A program made the position numbers and the translations under genes. The notes beneath the pieces were generated by a model. That model was not told the DNA's origin. It was given only the letters and a program-made list of their open reading frames with translations, and ran no database searches. From IMG/VR virus record IMGVR_UViG_3300002483_000039, positions 1-33,368 of that record: a DNA stretch of 33,368 bases. One strand, written 5' to 3'. This document shows positions 6,624-14,622 of the stretch, piece by piece (position 1 is the stretch's first letter; every line of letters starts with the position of its first letter). The DNA comes from a virus (Duplodnaviria; Caudoviricetes).

Positions 6624-8180
6624 ATGAATGATGCATTTGTAGAAAAATTTAAGAATATATTTAAAGGGCTAGAGCGAGCCCATGGTGTATTTGAGAAATC
6701 AAATGAACCACAACAAGGTAAAAAAGTGGAAGCTCGAATGAAAACTGTCCACGAACCGCCAACCACTGAAAAATTTGAGAAGCACTTAAAGGGAGAGTAT
6801 CCTGCCATGGGTATTGTTCCGATCAACGATGACAATCAGTGTGTGTTTGGTGCCATTGATATTGATGTGTATCCACTGGATCACAAGGCACTCCAAAAAA
6901 AGATTAAAGATAAAAAATTTCCATTGGTGATGTGTCTCTCTAAAAGTGGTGGCGCTCACTTATATTTATTTATGAAAGATCCGATTGCCGCCAAAGATAT
7001 ACAACTAAAGCTGAGTGAGATGGCAACGGCAATTGGGTATCCATCTGCGGAAGTTTTTCCTAAACAGATTGAGTTATCTCAGAGAGAGGGAGAACAGAAA
7101 AGGGATACAGGGAGTTGGATTAACTTACCTTACCACGGAAGAAATAGATACGCACTCAAAGAGGATGGATCGGGTGCCACACTAGAACAGTTTCTTGCGC
7201 TATACGACTCTATGGTCGTTGGTGATCTGTCAAGCATCAAGACAGATTTCAAGAATGAAGTTATCAAGGATGGACCTCCTTGCTTACAGATACTAACCGA
7301 ACAAGGAGTGAGCGATGGTTCCCGCAATAATGCTCTCTTCAATATCGGCGTATTTTATAGGAAGTCCAGTCCTGATAACTTCGCAGAATTAATTGAAGAA
7401 TATAATAGAGTTTATATTAACCCACCGCTGAAAGCGGATGAGGTTATCTCTATCATTAGACAGATTAGTCAAAGCGACAATGAGGGTGCACCAAAGTATA
7501 TGTATCGATGTACTCAGCCACCGATTGAATCTCTTTGTAATAAGCGTTTATGTAAGAAAAGAAAATTTGGTGTAGGTGGGGATAATGATCGGGAGCATCC
7601 TGTGTACTCTGATTTAAAAGTTTATAAATCTGATCCACCGAGATACTTTCTCAATGTCGATGACAGAAGAGTGGAGATATCCAATACCGAAGACTTGATG
7701 AACCATCGTAAAATTATTCAAGCATGTCTTGAACAGTTAAATACAGGTATCATGAATATGAGCGCTGCTGAGTGGAATAGAACATACTCAGAGTTATTTG
7801 AGAATATCTCTATTGATTATCCTCCCGAAGAGGTAACCAAGAAAGGTGAGTTCAAAGAATTACTAGAAGAGTTTTGTTTACATCAAGGAGAAGCACTAAG
7901 CTTTGATGATATCTTTTTAGGTAAATCTTATTCTGAAGAGGGGTTTACTTATTTTGCCCTAAAAGATTTGATGGATCATTTAAAGAGAAATGACTTTAAA
8001 GAGTCTCGAGCATGGGTAACCGTTAGACTAAGAGAAGAATACGAAGCGGAAGACCTGATCAAGACAGTAAAGAATGTGAGAATTAGACTTTGGAAAATAC
8101 AAGAGTTAACTGTAGAGCAACCAGAATTAGATATTCCTAATATGGAAAAAGAACAGAAAGAAGAGGAGATACCGTTTTGA
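6624..8180 (+). CDS. archaeo-eukaryotic primase (AEP/prim-pol) with PriCT-like Cys-containing domain
   Basis: GAIDID (DxD), SKSGGAHLY (motif II His), EVFPKQ, GSWINLPY; PPC...GSRNNALF...C..C..C. Confidence 0.8.
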   Translation: MNDAFVEKFKNIFKGLERAHGVFEKSNEPQQGKKVEARMKTVHEPPTTEKFEKHLKGEYPAMGIVPINDDNQCVFGAIDIDVYPLDHKALQKKIKDKKFPLVMCLSKSGGAHLYLFMKDPIAAKDIQLKLSEMATAIGYPSAEVFPKQIELSQREGEQKRDTGSWINLPYHGRNRYALKEDGSGATLEQFLALYDSMVVGDLSSIKTDFKNEVIKDGPPCLQILTEQGVSDGSRNNALFNIGVFYRKSSPDNFAELIEEYNRVYINPPLKADEVISIIRQISQSDNEGAPKYMYRCTQPPIESLCNKRLCKKRKFGVGGDNDREHPVYSDLKVYKSDPPRYFLNVDDRRVEISNTEDLMNHRKIIQACLEQLNTGIMNMSAAEWNRTYSELFENISIDYPPEEVTKKGEFKELLEEFCLHQGEALSFDDIFLGKSYSEEGFTYFALKDLMDHLKRNDFKESRAWVTVRLREEYEAEDLIKTVKNVRIRLWKIQELTVEQPELDIPNMEKEQKEEEIPF

Positions 8181-9142
8181 TAAAAGTATTATTTGGAAAC
8201 AGCTTTGAGAAAGTAAAAGACTTAGAGGATAATTCTATTGACTGTGTTGTCTCTTCCCCTCCTTACTTTGGTTTGAGAGATTATGGCAATGATAATCAAA
8301 TGGGTTTAGAAAAGCATTACAAAGATTACATACAAAATACTGTTAATCTTTTTAGGCTAATGAAACCTAAGTTAAAAGATACTGCCACGATATGGTGGAA
8401 CGTGGGAGACAGTTATTACAATTATCGACCAACAAGAAACAAAGATAATTTATATAAGAGTCCCGACTACCATAAACAAACGATCAGTAATTCAAGACAG
8501 GATTTACCTACGAAAGGTAGTAAAAGAGGTATTGTGTTTGAGGATATAAAAGAAAAAGACTTAATGATGATACCTAATAGAGTGGCAATCGCTTTACAGG
8601 AAGACGGGTGGTATGTGAGGTCAGAGATTATTTGGCATAAACCTAATCCAATGCCAGAAAGTGTTAGAGATAGACCAACATCATGTCATGAAAAAATATG
8701 GTTAATCACAAAGAATAAATCTTACTACTATGATCATGAGGCAATTAAAGAGGAAGCAAAGACTGCTCCTGTTTTAAGAAACAAAATGGCAGAGGGTTAT
8801 CAAGCTGACTATCCTAATGGTAAAAGATTTAGTGAGGGAGAAAGAGTTTGGGGAGCAGAAAAGAAAAATAAAAGAAATGTTTGGAGTGTTACTACAAAAC
8901 CATTTAAGGGAGCACACTTTGCAACATTTCCTCCTGACTTGATTGAGCCTTGTATCTTAGCGGGATGTCCAGAGAATGGCACTGTTTTAGATCCTTTTGG
9001 TGGATCGGGTACAACAGGAGTAGTTGCTCACCAACATAAAAGACATGCTATCTTGATTGAACTTAATAGAGAGTACAAAGAAGTGATGAAATTAAGATTC
9101 AGTAAGGAGGGCACTTTATTACTACAGGTGCAGTATGAGTAA
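8177..9142 (+). CDS. amino-DNA methyltransferase, beta class (N4-mC/N6-mA)
   Basis: N-terminal SPPY motif IV, IIWHKPNPMPES, HFATFP, C-terminal VLDPFGGSGTT motif I; TTG start overlapping the primase stop. Confidence 0.92.
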   Translation: MIKVLFGNSFEKVKDLEDNSIDCVVSSPPYFGLRDYGNDNQMGLEKHYKDYIQNTVNLFRLMKPKLKDTATIWWNVGDSYYNYRPTRNKDNLYKSPDYHKQTISNSRQDLPTKGSKRGIVFEDIKEKDLMMIPNRVAIALQEDGWYVRSEIIWHKPNPMPESVRDRPTSCHEKIWLITKNKSYYYDHEAIKEEAKTAPVLRNKMAEGYQADYPNGKRFSEGERVWGAEKKNKRNVWSVTTKPFKGAHFATFPPDLIEPCILAGCPENGTVLDPFGGSGTTGVVAHQHKRHAILIELNREYKEVMKLRFSKEGTLLLQVQYE

Positions 9143-10724
9143 ACCTATTGTTGTTATCGGACCGCCAGGCACGGGCAAAACAACTTTTATCCTTAATAAG
9201 ATAGAAGAGTATATCGCTGAGGGATACTCGATTGATGAGATTGGTTTCTTTTCTTTTTCAAATAAGGCGGTAGACGAAGCGAAACAGAGAGCCAGTGATA
9301 AATTTAAAATACCTGCCTCTCAGTTAGAAAGCTTTTCCACACTTCACTCTTATGCCTTACGTCAGTTAGGTTTGAGTCGTGATTATATAATGAGTAAAAA
9401 TGATTGGAGAAATGTAGAAGATGTACTTCGGATTAAAATTAATGTTAATAATGATGACGATAGTTTTTACAACAACTACGACGACAAGTATATTCAGTTA
9501 ATAGAGAAATCAAAAAGAAGAGATATTGATTTAAGAGACTGTTGGACAATGTTTGCAAAAGACATTATTTACCACAAGCTTGAGTATATCTCGAAAGGGT
9601 TAAAAGAATATAAAAATAAGGGATACGAGAAGTTTACAGATGGAGTAACAGGGTTTTTTGTTAAAGACTCTGGTCCTAAAATGGATTTTACAGATTTAAT
9701 TATGGACTATGTTAAACAAAACAGAGTCAAACCTTTTCGTGTTGTTTTCTTTGATGAGTCACAGGATATGTCCACGATCCAATGGAAGATGGCAGAGATG
9801 ATTTGGAAAGCATCTGAGGTGTCTTATATTGCCATGGATCCTAATCAAGCTATTTATACTTGGGCGGATGCCGATGTCTCTAAGGCTATTGAAGTAAAAG
9901 CAAATGCAGAAGAAACTATTGTTTTAGATAAATCAAAGAGAGTACCAAGAAAGATTTGGGAAGTAGTTAATCGTGTTGAAGAGCAAATAGTTGCCTATGA
10001 TGATATTAAATGGAGACCTGCGGAGAGAGACGGGAGCGTTGAGTTTGTCAAAGGTATCTTTCACTTAAATATGTCTGAGGGTAGTTGGTTGGTGATGGGT
10101 AGAACAAGAACTATTAGAGAAGACTTAGAGGAAGTGTTAAGAAAAAAGAATGTATTTTTTCGTGTTAAAATGCGAGATAATAAGTATCGTTATTCTGTGA
10201 AAGCACAGGAAAGAAATGCTATACTGACTTGGAAAGAATTAATGAGAAGCGAAACAAATGAAGTTCCAATCAAGATGATCGATAATCTATATAAGAGTAT
10301 TGGAAAAGAGTTTGTAGCAAGGGGATATAAAAAAGTAGTCGCAGAACAAAAGAAAGCTTTTCCCGATAAAAAAGTTTGTTTTAAGGAATTAAAAGAAAGC
10401 TATGGATTACACGCTGACTTTGGAATTTCATGGGTACATGTAATGACTACCTTAAACACAGAAACAAGAGCATACTTGGAAAACCTAGAGTCAAGGGGTG
10501 AGGACATAGGAAAAGAACCAAGAATAACACTGTCCACGATCCACCAACAAAAAGGCGGTGAAGCAGATAATGTTATTGTCTCTCTTGATATAGGAAAGAT
10601 GGCATATGATGACTATCGTACTAATCCGATTAATGAGCATCGTCTATTTTATGTCGCCTTCTCAAGAGCAAGACACAATTTATTTATAGTCTTACCTCAA
10701 TCGAGAGAGGCTTATAGAATATGA
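9135..10724 (+). CDS. UvrD/Rep-like SF1 helicase
   Basis: GPPGTGKT, FSTLHS, DESQD, DPNQAIY, STIH..KGGE, RLFYVAFSRA. Confidence 0.9.
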   Translation: MSKPIVVIGPPGTGKTTFILNKIEEYIAEGYSIDEIGFFSFSNKAVDEAKQRASDKFKIPASQLESFSTLHSYALRQLGLSRDYIMSKNDWRNVEDVLRIKINVNNDDDSFYNNYDDKYIQLIEKSKRRDIDLRDCWTMFAKDIIYHKLEYISKGLKEYKNKGYEKFTDGVTGFFVKDSGPKMDFTDLIMDYVKQNRVKPFRVVFFDESQDMSTIQWKMAEMIWKASEVSYIAMDPNQAIYTWADADVSKAIEVKANAEETIVLDKSKRVPRKIWEVVNRVEEQIVAYDDIKWRPAERDGSVEFVKGIFHLNMSEGSWLVMGRTRTIREDLEEVLRKKNVFFRVKMRDNKYRYSVKAQERNAILTWKELMRSETNEVPIKMIDNLYKSIGKEFVARGYKKVVAEQKKAFPDKKVCFKELKESYGLHADFGISWVHVMTTLNTETRAYLENLESRGEDIGKEPRITLSTIHQQKGGEADNVIVSLDIGKMAYDDYRTNPINEHRLFYVAFSRARHNLFIVLPQSREAYRI

Positions 10725-12601
10725 GTAAACAAATAGGGATGTTTAAACCAAAATCGGAGTGGCTACCACCAATGGACTTTCCCGATATTAAAGATGCAAA
10801 AAGAATTTCAATCGACTTAGAAACTAAAGACCCCAACATCAGTGAAAAGGGTGCTGGATGGGCAACCAATGATGGACACATTATCGGAGTGGCTATTGCT
10901 ATTGACGGTTGGGAGGGATACTACCCTATTAGACATGAGACAGGTTTTAATCACTCTCCAGAAATAGTTTTTGATTGGTTAAATGAAATGCTATCCACTG
11001 ACTGCGATAAGATTGCTCACAATGCATCCTATGATTTTGGTTGGTTACAGGCAGAGGGAGTTAAGTGGAATGGTCGTATTATTGATACAATGATTGCTGC
11101 TCCTTTGATTAATGAAAATAAATTTAGTTATTCTTTAAACGCTTTATCGAAAGAGTATTTAGATGAAAGTAAAAGTGAGTTTCTGTTAAAAGAAACAGCA
11201 GCGCAATGGGGTGTTGATCCAAAAGCAGAAATGTACAAGATACCTGCTCAGTTTGTGGGAGAGTATGCCGAACAGGATGCTGTTTTATGTTTGAAGCTTT
11301 GGGATAGGCTCAGTGTTGATATTAGTAAAAATAATTTACAAACTGTTTTTGATTTAGAAACAGAACTCCTTCCTGTTCTGATGGAAATGAGAAGAAGAGG
11401 AGTGAGAGTTGATTTAGATAAACTAGCAGTGGCAGAGAAAGAGTTAATTAAAAGAGAAAATAAATTACTTAATTTTGTTCATGATAAAACAGGGGGTAAA
11501 GTAGATATTTGGGCAGCCAGATCGATTGCCTCTATCTTTGATCTCTGTAAAATTGATTATCCTAAAACAGATAAAGGTAATCCTAGTTTTACAAAAAGCT
11601 TTTTAGAAAACCATCCTCATCCTGTACCGAAAGCAATTGTTCAAGCAAGAGAATACAACAAAGCGCGAACCACGTTCCTCCATACGATAGAAAAATATAA
11701 TCACAAGGGAAGAATTCATGCCAATATTAATCAACTTAGAACAGAGAATGGTGGAACGGTAACAGGAAGATTTAGTTATTCAAACCCAAACCTACAGCAG
11801 ATACCTGCTCGAGATAGTAAAGAAGCGGATCTAAAAATAGGAACAATGATTAGAGGACTGTTTCTACCTGAAGAGGGAGAGAAGTGGGGTTCATTTGACT
11901 ATTCACAGCAGGAACCTCGTTTAGTAGTTCATTATGCTGATTTCATAGGGTTGGAGGGTTCAGAAAAGCTCGTAGGAGCTTACAGGAGCGATAAAAACAC
12001 CGACTTCCATACGATCATGGCGGAGATTGGAAAAATCGAACGTAAGAGCGCTAAAACCATAAATTTGGGGTTATTCTATGGAATGGGTGTCGGAAAACTA
12101 GCAGATCAGCTAGGAATTGACCCAGAAGAAGCAAAAATGATTATTAACGAATATAACACTCGAGTTCCCTTTGTAAGGAAGCTTGCAGACCGAGTCTCTG
12201 ACCACGCTTCGAAGACAGGGAAGGTCAAAACATTTTTAGGGAGACACTGTCACTTTGATTTGTGGGAGCCAAAAGCTTTTGGTGCTCATCGAGCATATCC
12301 CTATGAGAAAGCAAAAGAGGAGCACGGTATCAACACACCTTTAAAAAGAGCAGGTACCTACAAAGCATTAAACAGATTAATTCAAGGGAGCGCCGCTGAT
12401 CAAACAAAGCAGGCAATGGTGAACCTATACAAAGAGGGTATCATACCCATGATACAAATTCATGATGAATTAGCGATCAGCTTTGACGGTAGTGAAGAGA
12501 AACAACAGCAAATAATAGAGTATATGGAAAACGCTATTGAGATTAATATCCCATCAAAAGTAGACGTTGCCATAGGAGATAATTGGGGAGAAGCACAATG
12601 A
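10721..12601 (+). CDS. polA: DNA polymerase family A (3'-5' exonuclease + polymerase, no 5'-3' exonuclease)
   Basis: DLET, HNASYD, YAEQD exonuclease motifs; TGRFS..NPNLQQIP, DYSQQEPR (A), RKSAKTINLGLFYG (B), IQGSAAD, QIHDEL (C). Confidence 0.96.
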   Translation: MSKQIGMFKPKSEWLPPMDFPDIKDAKRISIDLETKDPNISEKGAGWATNDGHIIGVAIAIDGWEGYYPIRHETGFNHSPEIVFDWLNEMLSTDCDKIAHNASYDFGWLQAEGVKWNGRIIDTMIAAPLINENKFSYSLNALSKEYLDESKSEFLLKETAAQWGVDPKAEMYKIPAQFVGEYAEQDAVLCLKLWDRLSVDISKNNLQTVFDLETELLPVLMEMRRRGVRVDLDKLAVAEKELIKRENKLLNFVHDKTGGKVDIWAARSIASIFDLCKIDYPKTDKGNPSFTKSFLENHPHPVPKAIVQAREYNKARTTFLHTIEKYNHKGRIHANINQLRTENGGTVTGRFSYSNPNLQQIPARDSKEADLKIGTMIRGLFLPEEGEKWGSFDYSQQEPRLVVHYADFIGLEGSEKLVGAYRSDKNTDFHTIMAEIGKIERKSAKTINLGLFYGMGVGKLADQLGIDPEEAKMIINEYNTRVPFVRKLADRVSDHASKTGKVKTFLGRHCHFDLWEPKAFGAHRAYPYEKAKEEHGINTPLKRAGTYKALNRLIQGSAADQTKQAMVNLYKEGIIPMIQIHDELAISFDGSEEKQQQIIEYMENAIEINIPSKVDVAIGDNWGEAQ

Positions 12602-12798
12602 GAATAGTTTATCAAGACGGAAAATTATTAGTTAGTTTAACTAAAGACGAAGTAAAGCAAGCACAAGAGAATATAGGTAGACCAATTGAACTACCTATAA
12701 GTCAGCTAAAAATGCTGCATGAAGATGTAAGTAAAGCTGTTTTACAGCGTTGGGAAAAGGTAGAAGTTACTAGTCAAGTTAGTTATCTGAGAAAATAA
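12598..12798 (+). CDS. hypothetical protein
   Basis: ATGA overlap with the polA stop gives start MRIVYQDG. Confidence 0.65.
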   Translation: MRIVYQDGKLLVSLTKDEVKQAQENIGRPIELPISQLKMLHEDVSKAVLQRWEKVEVTSQVSYLRK

Positions 12799-13004
12799 GA
12801 GAATAGTGACGACAGTTGCTAAACTAATTATTTTGCAAGAGACACTAGATTTAACGACTTTTTTCTAAACATACACAAGTTTCCTTCCATATATTGTTGG
12901 TCATCACTATTCTTAAATAGACATTATCATATCTGCTTTGCTAAATAAACAATTCTTTTTTCTTGACTGTGAACTAAAAACTTATTCGAAAGGAATAAAA
13001 TATT

Positions 13005-13184
13005 ATGTTTAATTTAACTAACAGAGCAAAAACTCACTTTTTAAATTTTTTTAAGAGTGATGATAAAAAAGAAGAAGAGTTAATAGACTTCTTAAAAGCA
13101 GAATATAAAAAAGATTGGAAAGCAGCGTACGCATGGTACCTAGAAGAGGGTACACTGCCTAACTATGTTAGAAGAACTCTTTAA
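13005..13184 (+). CDS. small hypothetical protein, 59 aa, not in ORF track
   Basis: GAAAGGA SD; MFNLTNRAKTHFLNFFKSDDKKEEELIDFLKAEYKKDWKAAYAWYLEEGTLPNYVRRTL; stop overlaps the convergent lysozyme stop. Confidence 0.7.
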   Translation: MFNLTNRAKTHFLNFFKSDDKKEEELIDFLKAEYKKDWKAAYAWYLEEGTLPNYVRRTL

Positions 13185-13630
13185 GTATTTGCTACAATTT
13201 CAGCTAGGTGCTCACAGCGCTTCGGTGTCTGTGAATGCCATCTGGAATCTTTCATTTCTTCAGCGGCTTTTTTCCAATCCTTAACTCTCATTGCTTTCCA
13301 CATCTTCTTGAAGTTGCGGACACCTTGAGTCCCCAATTGAAACACCATCTCAAGAATTACCTCACCTACATGTTGAGGCAAATCGTGACCAATACATTCA
13401 CTAATTAATAAATCAGCTCCCGCTGCCGCTCTGTTTAAATCCATTTCAAAGATTTCCATAATCTCATCCATTGGTATTTCTACTCCCTCAGCAAATCTTT
13501 GTCTCTCGTGTGGCTGTACCAAATGTCCGATGCCCACAGTGGCTTTTCCTAGTGAATCTAAATACATAGATGTACGCAGACCTTCATGGTCCTGTACTCG
13601 TGCCTTCAGTGAATCAGTAATTTTTATCAT
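13181..13630 (-). CDS. phage lysozyme (GH24, T4-like muramidase)
   Basis: HEGLR..MYLDSLGKATVGIGHL (catalytic E-D-T), MVFQLG, DSRW..QTP.R; start MIKIT at 13630 via ATGA overlap. Confidence 0.92.
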   Translation of the reverse strand: MIKITDSLKARVQDHEGLRTSMYLDSLGKATVGIGHLVQPHERQRFAEGVEIPMDEIMEIFEMDLNRAAAGADLLISECIGHDLPQHVGEVILEMVFQLGTQGVRNFKKMWKAMRVKDWKKAAEEMKDSRWHSQTPKRCEHLAEIVANT

Positions 13631-13716
13631 TTTGCACCTATACCCCAATGTTGTTCATGGGGGTCTTTCTCTTCCCTTCTTTTAAATAAGTTTATAATAA
13701 ATTGAATTAATTTCAT
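13627..13716 (-). CDS. 29-aa peptide upstream of lysozyme, not in ORF track
   Basis: MKLIQFIINLFKRREEKDPHEQHWGIGAK; ATG abuts the upstream TAA, and its TGA overlaps the lysozyme ATG. Confidence 0.6.
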   Translation of the reverse strand: MKLIQFIINLFKRREEKDPHEQHWGIGAK

Positions 13717-14622
13717 TTATTTGAGTTTATAACCCAAACCAGCGTATTTGTCTACACTTCCTCCATTTTTATATAGAGGAACATTATATCCTTGACTGTT
13801 TAAAAAGACGTTACCTAACAAGTTGTCTTGGTTGTAATATTCTGGAACGATAGGAGCAACACCCATATTAGAAAAACCCTCAGGAAGATATCCTGGTTGA
13901 TAAGTATCTGGGTTGAATGAGCTAATATTATTGTAAACAAAAGGTAGAGTAACTCCTGTATTGGTTATACCAAAGATAGATGGATCACTCTCATCGCCCA
14001 CATTTTTACTCAGATTCATGGCTGGAAGAGTTTCTGTAGTAATTGAAGTTGGTGTCAAATCTATTCTTGGCTGACCTTCACTGGTGGTGCTTATACTACT
14101 TGATCCACCGTAAGTCACGGTCGGCTGACCGCTGAGCGTTGTCCTTAAATTATCATATAAATCTTTGACAGTTTCTATTCCCTGTTGAGTGCCTCCCTTA
14201 AATTTGTTGAGAACATCAGATATGACAGATCCGATGACACCGCCTTTACCTATAAATTGACCAAGACCTTTACCCATACTCCCGACAGCGTATCCTATAT
14301 CACTTCCAATTTCACGAAAGGTAGGTCCATACATGTTAGCTAATCTCATAGCCTCATCAGCTAAAGTAGGTCCACCAGGTTTTCTTGATTGATATAAAGC
14401 ACCTGTTAGTTTTCCTGTTTTAGGATCAATAAAACCCGTTTTGTCGACAGGTTTCATTTGTTCTTGTTTAAATTTTTCATACAAATCAGATTGAATCTGC
14501 CTGCGATCTAAACGATTATCAGAAATATCAGGTCTTCCCTTGAAAAAATCTTGTCTTGTTTTCTCTCTTCTGTCTCGAAGAGCTTTCATACTTTGTGCTT
14601 CTGCTTGTCTAAAACTAACCAT
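13717..14622 (-). CDS. putative internal virion protein
   Basis: End of the virion operon; Gly-rich amphipathic segment; C-terminal YKNGGSV motif. Confidence 0.6.
   Translation of the reverse strand: MVSFRQAEAQSMKALRDRREKTRQDFFKGRPDISDNRLDRRQIQSDLYEKFKQEQMKPVDKTGFIDPKTGKLTGALYQSRKPGGPTLADEAMRLANMYGPTFREIGSDIGYAVGSMGKGLGQFIGKGGVIGSVISDVLNKFKGGTQQGIETVKDLYDNLRTTLSGQPTVTYGGSSSISTTSEGQPRIDLTPTSITTETLPAMNLSKNVGDESDPSIFGITNTGVTLPFVYNNISSFNPDTYQPGYLPEGFSNMGVAPIVPEYYNQDNLLGNVFLNSQGYNVPLYKNGGSVDKYAGLGYKLK

Noticed and set aside
1596-9142. Restriction-modification pair (nuclease 1596-1964 plus MTase 8177-9142)
   Set aside because: The genes are unlinked, and the 122-aa nuclease fits an Hjc-like resolvase better than a type II restriction enzyme
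9590-9700. Intein or intron in the UvrD helicase (apparent short insertion KFTDGVTGFFVKDSGP)
   Set aside because: Far too short, in frame, and without splicing motifs
4241-10881. Short antisense ORFs 4241-4441, 5444-5626, 6608-6835, 7130-7342, 10684-10881
   Set aside because: They are shadows of well-supported genes on the opposite strand, with no protein-like motifs
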